This document shows positions 49,905 through 60,026 of a stretch of 64,000 nt of DNA, one piece after another. The stretch lies in NCBI GenBank assembly GCA_964517505.1, contig CAZFED010000004.1:238369-302368 (forward strand). Reading direction: 5' to 3'. The stretch comes from an uncultured Caproiciproducens sp. (GTDB lineage: Bacteria; Bacillota; Clostridia; Oscillospirales; Acutalibacteraceae). The notes under the pieces were generated by a model. It did no database searches, was not told the DNA's origin, and was given only the letters and a program-made list of their open reading frames with translations. Position 1 is the stretch's first letter; each line of letters starts with the position of its first letter. The position numbers and the translations under genes were made by a program.

Positions 49905-50288
49905 ATGAGTTCATCTACCAATTGCGGAACAATTTGCGTCTCATGCATTGTTGACTACGGCCCTGCGGTGGGTTGTTGTGTAACTTTAATAAATTCTTGT
50001 GGCACAATCGTCTGCCAAAAAACAACGGATTCACGGGGTTGTGCTATTCTTCCAATTGATTGCGCAGATAAATACCGTGTGCGGGTTGAAGCGAATTGTT
50101 GTTATTCACCTATGGCACAAAACCGATGGTTTCACCTGCTTGCGCAGAATAAGTATCACTGTGATTTTATCTTCAGAAAACCATACCGTCCACAAATCAC
50201 AGGGTCATTAGTCATCACTTTAAGGGATGAAAACTATCCCGAATACACTTTATCAGAAGGAGTCTTTACTCTATGGCAGATAAACTAA
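49905..50288 (+). CDS. Cysteine-rich small protein (13 Cys in the first 90 aa) with a C-terminal 'LVITLRDENYPEYTLSEGVFTLW' motif; no signal peptide
   Basis: Read directly from the translation. Candidate sigma-K-type -10 element CATACTATA about 48 nt upstream. Overlaps the next gene by 16 nt. Confidence 0.5.
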   Translation: MSSSTNCGTICVSCIVDYGPAVGCCVTLINSCGTIVCQKTTDSRGCAILPIDCADKYRVRVEANCCYSPMAQNRWFHLLAQNKYHCDFIFRKPYRPQITGSLVITLRDENYPEYTLSEGVFTLWQIN

Positions 50289-50857
50289 TCGGCACCGTTA
50301 CCACAGATGCAAACGGTGTGGCAACATTTAGCAATCTTGCCCCAGGATCGTACAAGTATGTGGAAAAATCAGCTCGCGCAGGCTATACTGCGGATACTAC
50401 GCCATATCCAATTACGATTACGGCTGACACTCCGATTACGGCTGACAGAACGAACTCACCTATACAGTCTGGGTCCATCACAATAGTCAAACATGCTGAA
50501 GGCTATCCACTTGATGTTAAGTCAGGTGCAACTTTTAAGCTGATGGACAGTGCCGGCAAAACGATGAAGTCAGTAACAGCAGCTTCCGGTACAGACGGAA
50601 AAATCCCATTAACGAATTTAATGTCTATTGACGGAACACCGCAGACGTATAAATTAGAGGAAGTTACCGCACCATCTGGCTATAATCCCCATGTAGGTGA
50701 AATTAGCATGACGGTAGCCGTTGGCACAAACCCAGACCAACTAGTTTCAAATCCGCCTAAAAATCCTGGCAGCCTAGGTGTAACCCTTACCGATACAAAT
50801 TACAACGAGTACGGTCTAACCGGTTCCGATTACGAGTTGTACTTGGTAACCCCGTAA
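50273..50857 (+). CDS. Protein with Cna-B/prealbumin-like fold repeats (SpaA-isopeptide-domain-like); no signal peptide and no LPXTG
   Basis: 'GTVTTDANGVATFSNLAPGSYKYVE' matches the classic prealbumin-like/Cna-B motif. A second repeat is present. The C-terminal 'LGVTLTDTNYNEYGLTGSDYELY' parallels the upstream gene's C-terminus. RBS GAAGGAG lies 9 nt before the ATG. Confidence 0.55.
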   Translation: MADKLIGTVTTDANGVATFSNLAPGSYKYVEKSARAGYTADTTPYPITITADTPITADRTNSPIQSGSITIVKHAEGYPLDVKSGATFKLMDSAGKTMKSVTAASGTDGKIPLTNLMSIDGTPQTYKLEEVTAPSGYNPHVGEISMTVAVGTNPDQLVSNPPKNPGSLGVTLTDTNYNEYGLTGSDYELYLVTP

Positions 50858-50905
50858 TCATTATAGCATGGTCTATCAGAATTAGCACCTCAATATCGTT
50901 CACAA

Positions 50906-50945
50906 AAGGCTGCAGGAATTTCCTGCAGCCTTGGGCTTGTTTTTA
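50906..50945. terminator. Bidirectional rho-independent terminator between convergent genes
   Basis: AAGGCTGCAGGAA-TT-TCCTGCAGCCTT perfect hairpin followed by a T-run. Confidence 0.65.
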
Positions 50946-50954
50946 GGGTTTCAA

Positions 50955-52205
50955 CTAATTATCTTCAAGCGATTTCATTACTTTAATCCATGCCAGTTTT
51001 GTATTCTCAAAATCCTTATAGTGCTGTTCCACATGATTGTGATAGAGTTCCAGTTCCGTCAGAATCCGTTTGAAATCGGCGTTTCCAAAATAATCACAGA
51101 GCTTCGGAATAACAATCGTTAAATTTTCTCTAATTTTATCGATTTCCTCATTGTAGTTTTCTCGATTGGTTATATAAATCAGCAGCGGTTTATATCGAAT
51201 CCAGCCAATGGATGCTTTTAGAAATCTTTTTACGACAGCGCTGTCATCCGTGGTTATTTCCTTTAATTTAACCGGCAGCACACCCCTGAGCAGAGACTGA
51301 TAATAGGAAAAGCCATCATGAAAGGCATAGCATGGTATTTTTGTAACATCACAATCGCCAATGCAGGTGCTTAAAAATGTATCCTCACCTCTGGCACCGG
51401 GTGGATTGTAAAACGGAAATAATTTTTTACTGTTTTTTAAATTAAACCCTAGATTAGAACCGGAGATAAACTTCATACCGTTTATTTCCTGCACTTCTTT
51501 GACCTTTTCACGATTTATAATTGAAAGATTGCCATAGGTGACTCCACCGTCATCCATTTTATCCCTGATAGAATCCCAATTGATAATATCATTACTGATT
51601 GACTCAATAAATATTTTAAAATCATCTTCCGAAAGCTGATCGTTCCATTTAATTTGTGGAATCGGTGATACATAGCCGCAATGATAGCCATGTGTAATAT
51701 CGGAGCTATGGAGATATTTCATATGCGTCGCAATAACCTGCTGACCCATCCAAAAAATATTGTTGTCGATTTTCACAGTAGCAGCGGGATATTCATCGTC
51801 ATCCAGAAAAATTAAATAATCCATGTTGAGCTTCATTGCAAGGTATAAAATTGCATTTCTCTTCATTCCATAGCCTTGTCCAAAAAGAAGCTTTGTTTCT
51901 TTATTGGTCAGAACTTTGTTTTTTACCAAATTCTGTGCTTCTAATTCGATTGATGTATCGCTAATATAATGAGCGGAAGCTACCGTATCAAGAATTTCCT
52001 CATCTGTAATTGTGTAATCGCCAACTTTTGTGTTTGAATACTTTAAGTCATATGCGACAAATAAGTGAAGTGCGACATTTTTATCCTCTATCAAATTGGA
52101 TTCATTCCAATTACTCGCATATGTTTTTACAACACTCTTAAAGTTCTTCCTTCCCGTTACAAAACCGATGCCTACATTTATTTTCTTTTTCTTTTTATTA
52201 TTCAT
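50955..52205 (-). CDS. Putative glycosyltransferase (GT-A-like, acidic DxD-type 'LIFLDDDEYP'); family uncertain
   Basis: 416 aa, cytoplasmic, lysine-rich N-terminus. Extended -10 'TGGTATAAT' upstream. The assignment rests only on the DxD-like context. Confidence 0.3.
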   Translation of the reverse strand: MNNKKKKKINVGIGFVTGRKNFKSVVKTYASNWNESNLIEDKNVALHLFVAYDLKYSNTKVGDYTITDEEILDTVASAHYISDTSIELEAQNLVKNKVLTNKETKLLFGQGYGMKRNAILYLAMKLNMDYLIFLDDDEYPAATVKIDNNIFWMGQQVIATHMKYLHSSDITHGYHCGYVSPIPQIKWNDQLSEDDFKIFIESISNDIINWDSIRDKMDDGGVTYGNLSIINREKVKEVQEINGMKFISGSNLGFNLKNSKKLFPFYNPPGARGEDTFLSTCIGDCDVTKIPCYAFHDGFSYYQSLLRGVLPVKLKEITTDDSAVVKRFLKASIGWIRYKPLLIYITNRENYNEEIDKIRENLTIVIPKLCDYFGNADFKRILTELELYHNHVEQHYKDFENTKLAWIKVMKSLEDN

Positions 52206-52313
52206 TTTAACCTCTCCTCTTCGTTCTGCATTCCTAATTTCAAATACTCGTGCTTATTCAAAATAATGTCTTTTAGTCCAGTTTGCACACAATCACTATA
52301 TATTATTATACCA

Positions 52314-52363
52314 TATTTAAAAAAATAGTCACCTTTTAAACAAAACGTTCATCAGGTGACTAT
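52314..52363 (-). terminator. Putative terminator for the 164-aa gene
   Basis: ATAGTCACCT...AGGTGACTAT hairpin with a long loop, followed on the minus strand by a U-run. Confidence 0.35.
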
Positions 52364-52571
52364 CTGCTGTTTCATGTTTTTATTCTCATGGTTTTTCTGC
52401 CAAACTCTAAAAATCGTAATGAAATCTTAGAAAACTCACGCTTACTTAACCCTATCAATGTTCCAAATAACTCATTGTCCATACTAAATCTCTAGACCGC
52501 AATTCTTAGCTTTCCAAAGCACTCACATTTTGATTGTCGTAAACAAATAAGCTCCAATTAGGGTTAACCGT

Positions 52572-53066
52572 TTATTCTGCGACCGCCAAAACGCTGAGTA
52601 CCGCATTGTTAATGGAGCAACCCGGGGTAATATCAATAATTGAATTGGTTGACAGTTCTACCGAGTAAGTGTAAAAACCAGGCTCAACATCCGCATCCAT
52701 AAACTGGAAGCTGAAGGCTTCTGCCTCCAAAACATCAACAATTGTCGAGAAGGTGTAAGTGGAACCGACACCAATGGTTCCGCCATCATTGGAGGAACGA
52801 CGGATTTGGAAATTCAGGGTCACGGAAATGCCTAAAGGCAAATTGACAATACTGGTAAAATTGAGCAAATTGTTTGTGTTGTTCATGTTGCGAGTATCAA
52901 TTGAGGTAGATACCACGTTTAACGGAGCTGCAAATAATGTGGTGATAATCGGCAGGGGGCCGACACCGCCGCTTGAAGCATTTAATGCTACCTGTTTTTT
53001 TACTTTATATCCATCGTAATATGGGGAAAGTGAATCACCGCACTGATAATTACTCATAAAATCCAC
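52572..53066 (-). CDS. Hypothetical 164-aa beta-rich protein (Ser/Thr/Asn/Val-rich; Cys near both termini); candidate spore-surface protein
   Basis: RBS AGGTGGA. The composition resembles coat/exosporium or appendage subunits. No catalytic motifs. Confidence 0.45.
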   Translation of the reverse strand: MDFMSNYQCGDSLSPYYDGYKVKKQVALNASSGGVGPLPIITTLFAAPLNVVSTSIDTRNMNNTNNLLNFTSIVNLPLGISVTLNFQIRRSSNDGGTIGVGSTYTFSTIVDVLEAEAFSFQFMDADVEPGFYTYSVELSTNSIIDITPGCSINNAVLSVLAVAE

Positions 53067-53089
53067 CTAACATAATTTTTTAAAGAACG

Positions 53090-53130
53090 TTCTCCGCTTT
53101 ATACTATGCGACTTTTCCACAAAATGTACA
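53090..53130 (-). promoter_or_regulatory. Candidate sigma-K-type promoter (AC, 17 nt, CATAGTATA) for the 164-aa gene
   Basis: Minus strand: GTATGTAC-ATTTTGTGGAAAAGTCG-CATAGTATA. Matches the AC/17-bp/CATAnnnTA consensus known for sigma-K in Bacillus and Clostridium. About 25 nt before the start codon. Confidence 0.4.
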
Positions 53131-53260
53131 TACCCTTTCCTACAATTACCGTTCATTTAAAAAATACGCAGGCCAAGTTTCTTCCAACTCACCATTAGTC
53201 GGGACAGTGTTAAAAAATACGTTATCAGGGGATTTATTTTTAACTTTTTTCAGCTTATAC

Positions 53261-53761
53261 TTATGCCCAGTGAAACCATACAATTGAAATAACCGTTACA
53301 CAAATGCCTAATATGCAGCCGGCAACAACTTCAATCAGTGTATGGCCTAATGATTCATTTAACTTTTTCGTTGGGATTTTCAAGCATTTTTCTTTATCCG
53401 GCATACTACACTCATTATTATATAAATATTCCTGTATTTGGTTAATGGCTTTTGCCTGTTCTCCTGCTGCTCGTCTGACACCCATAGCATCATACATTAC
53501 AATCATGGCAAAGGTTAGTGCAAGAGAGAAACAGGGAGAGGACAGACCATATTTATGTACCGTTCCCAGTGCAACGGAACAAACAAGCGCGGAATGCGCG
53601 CTCGGCATCCCGCCAGACTCCGAAAGCTTTTTAAGGTTCATCTTTTTGTTTTTGAAAAAAAAGATGAATGTTTTTATAAGCTGTGAAATCACCCAAGAAA
53701 TAACACCAATATTTATCAGGTAATTACACGTTAAGGTTTTCAGTATCATTTTTATCCCCAT
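53261..53761 (-). CDS. Divergent PAP2-family membrane protein (DUF212/YuiD-like)
   Basis: 'SGGMPSAHSA' signature. Confidence 0.65.
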   Translation of the reverse strand: MGIKMILKTLTCNYLINIGVISWVISQLIKTFIFFFKNKKMNLKKLSESGGMPSAHSALVCSVALGTVHKYGLSSPCFSLALTFAMIVMYDAMGVRRAAGEQAKAINQIQEYLYNNECSMPDKEKCLKIPTKKLNESLGHTLIEVVAGCILGICVTVISIVWFHWA

Positions 53762-54491
53762 CTTTCTCGTTATGCTTTAAAATTTTATTGTAGATAATAA
53801 CACCAATAATACTTATTACCGCTGTAATTGCAAACACAAGGATCGCGAATGTATAGTCTTTCATCCCCAGCGCATTTCCTCCAATCGTAGAAGAAATCAC
53901 GGATGGAATCCGCGCGATACTGGACAGTATTAAAAAGGTACGCAGGCTGATAGGAGTCAATCCAACAAAATAAGTGATGACATCCTTGGGTGTTCCCGGA
54001 ATAAAAAAGAGAATAAATATTAATAGATTTAATTTTTTGCTATCCTTGATAAATTTCAGTGAATTTATTTTTTCCCTTGAGATAAAGGCTTCTACCATCT
54101 TTATTCCAAAATGCTTAGTGAACAGAAAGATAATAGCGGAACCAATCGCCGCGCCAATTAAGCATAAAAACATTCCCTCGATTGCGCCATACGCATATCC
54201 TGCCCCTATTTCAATTACTTCCCCGGGGATAATTGCAATTACTACCTGCAAACACATAAGCCCTATTAGAGTTAATCGTCCCCAAAATCCCTGTGAGTCA
54301 ACCCAAATCCGAAATTTTTCCGAATCAGACACAAACTCCAACAATGGTTTTCCAACTGTAATCGTTATTATAACAAAAAAAATGACAATTGACAAAAGTG
54401 AGAGTCCGCTCACAATTTTTTTATGTTTTATCTGTTTTTCATCCTCAACTTTTGGCATATCGATGCTTTCCTTATCGCTTTTCTGTATCAT
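53724..54491 (-). CDS. TVP38/TMEM64 (DedA-superfamily) membrane protein
   Basis: 'VIAIIPGEVIEIGAGYAYG' re-entrant motif typical of the DedA/TVP38 family. Confidence 0.7.
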   Translation of the reverse strand: MIQKSDKESIDMPKVEDEKQIKHKKIVSGLSLLSIVIFFVIITITVGKPLLEFVSDSEKFRIWVDSQGFWGRLTLIGLMCLQVVIAIIPGEVIEIGAGYAYGAIEGMFLCLIGAAIGSAIIFLFTKHFGIKMVEAFISREKINSLKFIKDSKKLNLLIFILFFIPGTPKDVITYFVGLTPISLRTFLILSSIARIPSVISSTIGGNALGMKDYTFAILVFAITAVISIIGVIIYNKILKHNEKDGDKNDTENLNV

Positions 54492-54745
54492 CTACAAAAT
54501 CTCCTTGTGCTTTATATATTGGGTACCATACTAATATTGGTGTACCCATTATTGTACAAATAAAATCTTACAATAGTCTTACAAAAGTCTTATAAAATTG
54601 AAAAACATATAAATCCACTCTCACAAAAAACAAGCGGCATTAATATACGCTCAAAAATCTTATTCTTTCACAAGATTTTTAGAACTTCCTTGTATACCAT
54701 AAAAAAAGTGAGAACAAGCGTCCTCACTTTTTTCACTAATACCGT

Positions 54746-56827
54746 TTATATTATTTTTTCATCCTTGGCGGGCATTTCCACGTTTTCTTTCTTTAAGCCG
54801 TCCTGTGCCGTATCGGCTTTTGCCGCGCCGACTGCCGCTTCAATTGCCTGTGCTGTTGTGGAAGGCTCGGAAATATGCTGTAACGAAACGCCCAGTTTAT
54901 CCAATGTTATAAATTTCAAAAGTGTATCCATGACGGTGCTGTTATTGTTACTGCTCCCATTGTCCTGGCTGCCGCCGCCCATATTAACAACTGTCTTAGG
55001 CACAATATCAACTTTGGAGTTTTTAATGGCATCAGTCAGCTTATCCGCAATTTCCTGTATAACGCGATATTCCGCACCGCCGTAAGCCTTGACCTGCGCG
55101 TCAATGGCCTGCGCCTTTGCCAAACCGACATTGGTTTCCTTAGAAGCTTCCGCTTCGCCTTCCAGTCTGATTTTAGCTGAATTGGCTTTTGCAAGCGAAA
55201 TAATCTGGTTTGCTTCCTGCTCCGCCTTGCTTGCAAGAGCCGCGCCGCTGTTGCCCTCAATCTCGATCTGGATTTTGGACTTTGTGAGGAAGCTTTGCTG
55301 TTCTGCCGTAGCCTGTGCCTCACGCAGGGATTTTTCGCTTTCGGCTGCCGACTGCTGCTTTTGGTAGGTAACCTTTTTCTCTTCTGCAATCTGTCTTTCA
55401 CGCAATTGCATTAAAATGTTTTCGATTTGGACATCTCCAGCAGGCGTTTTGGGCGTGCCTATCAGCACTTCTTCCAACTGCAGATTGTATTTTTGGAATT
55501 TATCCTTCATCTCGGTAACTGCTCTTTCACGGATTGCGCTGCGCTCCTGAATCAACTCGATTAAGGTTTTTGTCTGCGCTACATCCTTAAAGTAAGCACT
55601 GACCAACGGGTCTAAGGATTGATTTACCAACATATTGATATCGCCAAACCGCTGTATTACCCACGGTGCCTGCTTGTAATCAATGTGCATGACAACAGAC
55701 AGCGGCAAGGACGGTTCAAACGCATCTTTTGTAATAATGTCGACCTCTGTAAGGTTTTCATCGTATTTATGATCGCCTACTTCGCATTTGTTCCATTTCA
55801 ATATAATATTTGTTGTAGGAACTAGAACAACTTTTCCTGCGTCTGTGTTAAAGGCATATTTTCCCGGCATTAAGGGTTTTTCAAGAACGCCCTTACAGCC
55901 AGCGCCTACCAGTTCACCATGTTTATAGTCAACCCCTGTGGTATCAACTCCCTCTTGCCCGAAGAAGGAAACAACAACGCCGACAAAGCCAATCGGAACA
56001 ACTGTTTTCGGCCTGAATTCCACGGTTGCAAAAAGCCGGTTGATATAATAGGTACCATCCGTTAATACTTGAATTTGCTTACCACGCCTGCCGCCAAGTT
56101 CCAGGAATTTTTCCGGGTCTTGAAAGCTCGCATGTCCTTCCCCGACGCTAGGTGCAATAATCTCGCCCTGTGCAAGAGGAATGCCATCATGCACCGTAAT
56201 AATTCCCATGACATCGCTTGCTTCATTACTGCTGCCCATGATGACAACCGGGCTGAACGCGCCTCTGGCCGACAATGTTTGCTGCATGCTGATAAGTTCG
56301 GAGCGTTCCTGCTTGGAGCCATTGAAAATGGCCTTGAGGTCATTGGGCGTAATAACGATAAACTGAGCCAAATTAATTGCGTAGGTACCCTCTCTTAATA
56401 TCCCTCTTTGAGGGCCTCTTTGACCGCCGTTTTGTAAAAAGCCGTTTACATTCTGAAAATTATTTGCATCGGGCACAACCTTGCCCAAAGTTTGAGTAGG
56501 GGACAGCGGCATACCATCTCGTGCAAATATATACGCAATCTGCCCCTGCGGGATTGTTATGAGCGGATACTTATGTATTTTATACATTAAAACGGATTTA
56601 AAATGGATGCCTCCACGCAGCAAATCGGGTGAATAGCCTGCCTCACCATGCAGCGCGATAATTGAATCCTTCAGAGAACCCTTTGGGCTCCACCATTTTT
56701 CAACCACGGCAACCTCATCCGAATTAATAACCCTCAGACCTAATATTTTGAAAATCAACAGGTAGAGTACCAAAACAACACCAATAATTGTCACTAATAC
56801 AGTAACAAACGGACCCATAACAACCAT
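54746..56827 (-). CDS. SPFH/band-7 flotillin-like protein with a long coiled-coil and Ala/Glu-rich tail
   Basis: N-terminal TM then an SPFH domain. Extended 'AEQEANQI...' flotillin-type heptad repeats. Low-complexity C-terminus. 693 aa. Confidence 0.7.
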   Translation of the reverse strand: MVVMGPFVTVLVTIIGVVLVLYLLIFKILGLRVINSDEVAVVEKWWSPKGSLKDSIIALHGEAGYSPDLLRGGIHFKSVLMYKIHKYPLITIPQGQIAYIFARDGMPLSPTQTLGKVVPDANNFQNVNGFLQNGGQRGPQRGILREGTYAINLAQFIVITPNDLKAIFNGSKQERSELISMQQTLSARGAFSPVVIMGSSNEASDVMGIITVHDGIPLAQGEIIAPSVGEGHASFQDPEKFLELGGRRGKQIQVLTDGTYYINRLFATVEFRPKTVVPIGFVGVVVSFFGQEGVDTTGVDYKHGELVGAGCKGVLEKPLMPGKYAFNTDAGKVVLVPTTNIILKWNKCEVGDHKYDENLTEVDIITKDAFEPSLPLSVVMHIDYKQAPWVIQRFGDINMLVNQSLDPLVSAYFKDVAQTKTLIELIQERSAIRERAVTEMKDKFQKYNLQLEEVLIGTPKTPAGDVQIENILMQLRERQIAEEKKVTYQKQQSAAESEKSLREAQATAEQQSFLTKSKIQIEIEGNSGAALASKAEQEANQIISLAKANSAKIRLEGEAEASKETNVGLAKAQAIDAQVKAYGGAEYRVIQEIADKLTDAIKNSKVDIVPKTVVNMGGGSQDNGSSNNNSTVMDTLLKFITLDKLGVSLQHISEPSTTAQAIEAAVGAAKADTAQDGLKKENVEMPAKDEKII

Positions 56828-57071
56828 CTCCCAGCTTTTCGTATTTGGTTTATCTGTTTTAACAATACTACATTTATATTATGATAGCAACCAATTTCAG
56901 TCTTTTTTATTGATTAGAATATTATTTGTACAATATGATTTAAAACAATTAAAAATAGTGTATATTATTTCTTAAATGTAATTAAAAAAATAATTTGTCC
57001 ACTTTTTTAATGCACTGCGTGCTCCGATGAAGGACGAAAGTTTACCTGTGGGCAGAAATACATATGGCAAA

Positions 57072-58130
57072 TCAATTGGACATCAGCAGAATATCCCTGG
57101 GAAGAATTTTAAGGAAAACAGACTCGCCGCTTTTTTCAATCTCTTGATAGGATTTTTTATCCAGTTCCCAGAAGATACAGGATTGACTGCTCTGCATACC
57201 TTCGCACTGGTACTTAACGATAATTGAAAACGTATCTTCCGTTACATTCGCAATTTTTCCTCTTACAATATTTTCTTCACCGAAGTCGGTTACCGGGACA
57301 AAATAATGGGCGCGCACTCCTATATATTGCATGTCATTTGGAATTTTCCGCTCGGTGGTCAGAACAGTGTTCCAATCCAGTGCCTTGAGCGTGTAGTCTG
57401 AAAGCTTTTGTGCCTTGGATATATTTTTACAGCCGGTTAGCAGCGTAGCGGCAAGCGTCTGGGGATTTTCAAACAGCGCATGCTTTTCGCTGATTACTTC
57501 CAGCTTTCCATCTGATAACACTGCGATGCGGTCACAAAGGCGGTAAACCTCGTCGCGGTTATGGGAAACGAACAGCGTCGTTCCTGAAAATTTTTCAAGT
57601 ACACTGCCTATTTCCTGCTCCATCTGCCACCGCAGATAACTGTCAAGCGCGGAAAAAGGCTCATCGAGCATGAGAATGTCCGGTTCAGAGGCAAGAATCC
57701 TTGCGAGCGCGACTCGCTGTTGCTGGCCCCCCGAAATCTGGGAGGGATAATGTTTTTCCAGCCCCTCCAAATATAGTGATTTTATCTTTTCCTCAATAAT
57801 TGCTCCTTTTCCTCGTTTCGGCCCGCGAATACCGGCAGCAATATTTTCTTCTACCGTCATATTCGGAAACAGCGCGTAATGCTGAAATAAGTACCCGGTT
57901 TTTCTTTTCTGAGGGGATAGGTTGATTTTCTTTTCTGAGTCGAACAGAACCCGCCCGTCCAAAACAATTCTGCCTTCATCGGGCTTTTCAACCCCTGCGA
58001 TACACTTAAGCGTCATGCTCTTTCCGCTTCCTGAAGCACCCAGCAGCGCAAGAATTTCATCCTGCGCTTCAAAGTTTACATTTAGTTGAAAGTCACCCAA
58101 AGTCTTTTTTATATCAACAGAAATCGACAT
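57072..58130 (-). CDS. ABC ATPase of the ModC/CysA type with a C-terminal TOBE/MOP-like domain; no cognate permease nearby
   Basis: Walker A '[10 protein letters not shown]'. Signature 'ISGGQQQRV'. Walker B '[11 protein letters not shown]'. A roughly 110-aa C-terminal extension follows. Last gene of the RR-HK operon. Confidence 0.7.
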   Translation of the reverse strand: MSISVDIKKTLGDFQLNVNFEAQDEILALLGASGSGKSMTLKCIAGVEKPDEGRIVLDGRVLFDSEKKINLSPQKRKTGYLFQHYALFPNMTVEENIAAGIRGPKRGKGAIIEEKIKSLYLEGLEKHYPSQISGGQQQRVALARILASEPDILMLDEPFSALDSYLRWQMEQEIGSVLEKFSGTTLFVSHNRDEVYRLCDRIAVLSDGKLEVISEKHALFENPQTLAATLLTGCKNISKAQKLSDYTLKALDWNTVLTTERKIPNDMQYIGVRAHYFVPVTDFGEENIVRGKIANVTEDTFSIIVKYQCEGMQSSQSCIFWELDKKSYQEIEKSGESVFLKILPRDILLMSN

Positions 58131-58185
58131 TGCACTTCCTCATTTCTCTAACAACCTTACAATAGAGCCTGCTTATAATTTTACA

Positions 58186-59202
58186 CTAATTCAAAGGTAT
58201 AAACAATGAGAACACAGAACCTTGCGAGACCTTTGATTTTACTTTAATATAGCCATTTTGCTTTGTGATAATCTGCCTGGCAAGATATAAGCCTATCCCT
58301 ATGCCGTCCTCATTTTGGGTATAATCCCCTCTGTAAAACCTTTTAAAAATATTGTTTATTTCTTTTTCATCTATACCTATTCCATTATCCGTAATATCTA
58401 CTCTTGCAAACATTTCATATTGTATTGTTTCAATGACAATCTTACCACCATTGCCTGTATATTTTACAGCATTGTCAATGATATTAAAAACCGCTTCCAC
58501 AGTCCAATTTTTATCAATATTTAAAATAATATCTTCTTTTGCATTAAACTTAATCTCAATATTTTTGCTTTTAGCCTTTTGATATATCTGCTTGATTGCA
58601 GTTAAGCAAACATCATTAAGGCTGATTTCATTTGGAATTAGCGTGATTACGCCGCTTTCCAGCCGCGACATTTTAATCATACTCTCCAACAAAAAAGTCA
58701 GCTTTTCAATTTGACTTTGCATGTTCCCGCTAAACTCGGCATATTCCTCTTTTGAAATGGAGGTATCCTGCAGAAGCTCATAGTATAATTTTAGATTTGC
58801 TAACGGGGTTTTGAGCTGATGGGAAATATCGGAAATAAGTGATTTGATTTCATCACGTTCGCTTTTGATTTTTGTATTCTGTGCTTTCAGTATATTTGTA
58901 AGCTTAATAACCTGTGATTGCAGCTTTGAAAGCATATCATCATTTAAAACAGAAAAAACTTCGTTCCCCTTCATATCTGAAATCGAAGAGATAACTTGTG
59001 AGAGCTGATTGAGGATATGTTGCATATATTTCTTTACCGCATATATAAAAGTTACAGATAATCCTGCAATTATAATACAGAATATTGTAATTGCTTTAAC
59101 CAATGCCACCTCTTTGTAGGTAAACCATATGTAGCAGTCAAACAAAATGCAGCAGACCGCAATTGCAGTAAAGTACATGGTTATTTTTGAATCTATCTTC
59201 AC
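58186..59202 (-). CDS. Intramembrane-sensing histidine kinase (BceS-like)
   Basis: Two closely spaced N-terminal TM helices with a 9-residue loop. H-box 'ISHQLKTPLANL'. G-boxes 'DNGIGIDEKE' and 'GIGIGLYLARQI'. Confidence 0.8.
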   Translation of the reverse strand: MKIDSKITMYFTAIAVCCILFDCYIWFTYKEVALVKAITIFCIIIAGLSVTFIYAVKKYMQHILNQLSQVISSISDMKGNEVFSVLNDDMLSKLQSQVIKLTNILKAQNTKIKSERDEIKSLISDISHQLKTPLANLKLYYELLQDTSISKEEYAEFSGNMQSQIEKLTFLLESMIKMSRLESGVITLIPNEISLNDVCLTAIKQIYQKAKSKNIEIKFNAKEDIILNIDKNWTVEAVFNIIDNAVKYTGNGGKIVIETIQYEMFARVDITDNGIGIDEKEINNIFKRFYRGDYTQNEDGIGIGLYLARQIITKQNGYIKVKSKVSQGSVFSLFIPLN

Positions 59203-59888
59203 TATATTTCACCCCATGTATATCCGGTGCCAAATACCGTAATTATATACTTTGGATTTTTCGGGTCATCTTCAATTTTTTGCCGCAATCTGCGAATATT
59301 TACACTGAGTGCGTTTTCATCAACAAAGTTGCCGTTCGCATCCCACAATTTTTCTAATATAATTTGTCGTGACACAACCTGCTGTTTATTTTTAGTAAGT
59401 AACTCCAACAGCTTATATTCTGTGGTAGTCAACTTGATGATTTCTTCTCCTTTCATTAAAATCATCCTATTATAATCAACGGTAATATCCTTATACTTAA
59501 ATATATTTTTCTCTTTTATACTCGTTCTTTTTAATACGGCAATAACCCTCTGTTTTAGGATTTCGATAGAAAAAGGTTTTGTAATATAATCATCACAGCC
59601 TGTTTGAAAGCCCTGTATCATATCCTGCTCGGTATCATTTGCTGTTATAAAAATGATAGGCAAATCAGAGGTTTTGCGGATTTCCTCACAAAGTTTTAAT
59701 CCGCTTTTATGCGGCAAATTGATATCAAGCAATATTAAGTCAATCCGATTATTAAGGAATGAAGTGTAGCCATCATCATAATTAAAGCTGCTGATAATAT
59801 TGTAATTGTTCTTCATTAGTGCGTAACCAACGCCTTTATTTAACAGCTTGTCATCTTCTACTATTAATATATTAATCAAAAAAATCAC
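59202..59888 (-). CDS. OmpR-family response regulator (BceR-like)
   Basis: 'ILIVEDDKLL' receiver motif with Asp 'LLDINLP' plus a winged-helix domain. Overlaps the kinase gene by 1 nt. Confidence 0.85.
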   Translation of the reverse strand: MIFLINILIVEDDKLLNKGVGYALMKNNYNIISSFNYDDGYTSFLNNRIDLILLDINLPHKSGLKLCEEIRKTSDLPIIFITANDTEQDMIQGFQTGCDDYITKPFSIEILKQRVIAVLKRTSIKEKNIFKYKDITVDYNRMILMKGEEIIKLTTTEYKLLELLTKNKQQVVSRQIILEKLWDANGNFVDENALSVNIRRLRQKIEDDPKNPKYIITVFGTGYTWGEI

Positions 59889-60026
59889 CGCCTATATTAT
59901 AATGCCTGCTGAATAAACATTTACTTAAAATTTTACGTTCTACGCAGCTGTTTTGCACTTGTTCACGCTTTATTATACCATGACAATCAGGCTGCACAAA
60001 TACCGTGCAGCCTGATTGCAAATATT

